DNA from: Adineta vaga
Taxonomy: Eukaryota; Animalia; Rotifera
Assembly (NCBI GenBank): GCA_021613535.1
Contig: CP075493.1
Location: forward strand, 14,880,001-14,944,000
Reading direction: 5' to 3'
DNA: 64,000 bases
In this document: piece after piece, positions 62,549 through 64,000 of the stretch
How positions within the stretch are numbered: the first letter of the stretch is position 1
Layout: every line of letters starts with the position of its first letter
The notes under the pieces: model-generated
Databases searched by the model: none
The model's input: the letters and a program-made list of their open reading frames with translations, nothing else
Told to the model about the DNA's origin: nothing
Made by a program: the position numbers and the translations under genes

Positions 62549-63538
62549 CTAGTATCCAAATGAAATGCATAAGTCATCAAAAGCAAATTCTGTTCCATTT
62601 TCTGCTAGACCACTGACGGGAGTGCCACCTGATGTTGTGAAAATCAATCTATCCAAATTCGTACAACCTCCACATGAGACAGTTGTCGAATTTACTGGGT
62701 TTAAAGCAAAGCTTCCACTCAACATATTTACACCCAAACGATAACCATATATAGTCCATATGAGACCTGTTCGCCAACCGGCAGCTATGTTGACTTGATC
62801 AAAAGAAAAACTCGTACCATTAGCTGATACTATTTCAACAGCGGCACCTCCTGGATTATAAGCAACATATGATGAAGAAACCTGAGCCATTTTATAACCA
62901 CTTGATGGCACTGTTGATGTATTGATATACATAACATTAGTCCAATTGAGATTATTATATCCATTATGCACAACACCTGATGTTGGCATTTGACTAGGAA
63001 TATCATCAAATGTAACACGTGTTGTGCATACTAATACCGAAATAACAAAATTGAAAGAAAAGTTGAATCATAGACCCCCGATAATATGAAACTTACAGGG
63101 TTTTGTTGTAGTCGTTGTAGTAGCAGTTATCGTAGTGAATGTATTAGTAGTAACTGCAATTGAAGTGGATACTGTACCTAAGGGAAAAGAATATGTAAAT
63201 ATGAAAAATAACTAAACATCTCAATGGTATGATCACTCATCATGATTGATTATTATAACATTCGAGTGAAACTTACTAGTACTAGTAGTAAAATTAATTG
63301 AACTAGAACTTGACGGTGAGGGTGTAGTTATTTGAGCCGTATTTCCTAATAAAAGCATGAGCAATAATATGAAATCATCGAAAAAAACAAAGTATGATAC
63401 GAACGTAATATGAGAATTGCTATTAAACTAGCTAGAATACCAAGAAGAAGGAGTGCCAATATACATATAGAAGCTATACAACAACATTGTCTACATGTAC
63501 ATAAACGTGAACAAATTCGATGCCATTTATTTCCCTTT
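62549..63538 (-). CDS. Type II membrane protein: Cys-rich juxtamembrane + TM + Ser/Thr-rich stalk + microbial-like beta-rich C-terminal domain; at least 4 exons, 5' end not defined
   Basis: Exons ~63538-63407 (LCTCRQCCC + TM), ~63346-63277, ~63177-63097 and ~63031-62549 (VTFDDIP...NGYNNLNW...SGY...VAYN...AAGWR...FAFDDL). Confidence 0.75.
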
Positions 63539-64000
63539 CTACGTACATGAAATAGACAAAAAGAATTTGATACGTAGAAAGAAAGAAAAAAATTTTAAAA
63601 TTCAAACCTTCTAACAGAACTGCTTTGTGTTAAATCGTTCAGTTGACTGAATGTTTTTGATGAAGTGACCTTATAATTGTGACTATCTGTTGAACGTATT
63701 ATTCTCTAAGAAAAAAAAGAGAATATATATATATATATATAAGGGTGAGTGAGTGAAAATGAGTGAAGGTATTAAAGAAACTGAAATATACGTCTTTAAA
63801 ATAATCAAGAACTTTCCGGGCATCATTGGATTTCTCTGCTATAGTAATAAATGTTCTTTCTAATGAAATAACATGTACGTACCGATGGAATTTGAAATGG
63901 AACATTCTTATTTGTACGATGATAGTACTGACGTGGTTCAATCAATCGTTGAAAATTGGTATCACTCGATCCTATAAAAGGTCTTTTATTGAAATTGTGA

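Overview
This is AT-rich (roughly 30% GC by eye) eukaryotic DNA with compact genes and many ~45-60 nt GT-AG introns. The gene content points to a bdelloid rotifer (Adineta/Rotaria-like), which is an inference: NHL-repeat genes, orphan rhodopsin-like GPCRs, ART-TPR genes, several non-metazoan-type enzymes and TGTGGG-like motifs. About 25 genes or pseudogenes and one defective DD34D mariner element are recognisable. I saw no rRNA, tRNA or CRISPR array. Main points of interest: (1) an intronless kinesin motor + alpha/beta-hydrolase + RING + YEATS-like fusion (57457-60171); (2) a 6-exon receptor joining an NHL propeller and three exon-duplicated PPC-like modules to a 7TM GPCR (21762-26512); (3) a VIT-VWA protein with an embedded R-SNARE-like motif, lying just downstream of an H-Y-E PARP-like gene in an order that recalls PARP4; (4) a DXO/Rai1-type nuclease with a long N-terminal extension; (5) a spliced 68-aa myristoylation-motif microprotein absent from the ORF track; (6) telomere-like, often palindromic GGGTGTGGG/CCCACACCC motifs recurring just 3' of genes; (7) several candidate horizontally acquired genes, some with introns. 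Many genes carry 1-nt indels, which may be assembly error or real decay. Exon boundaries and family assignments were made by eye, without any database search.
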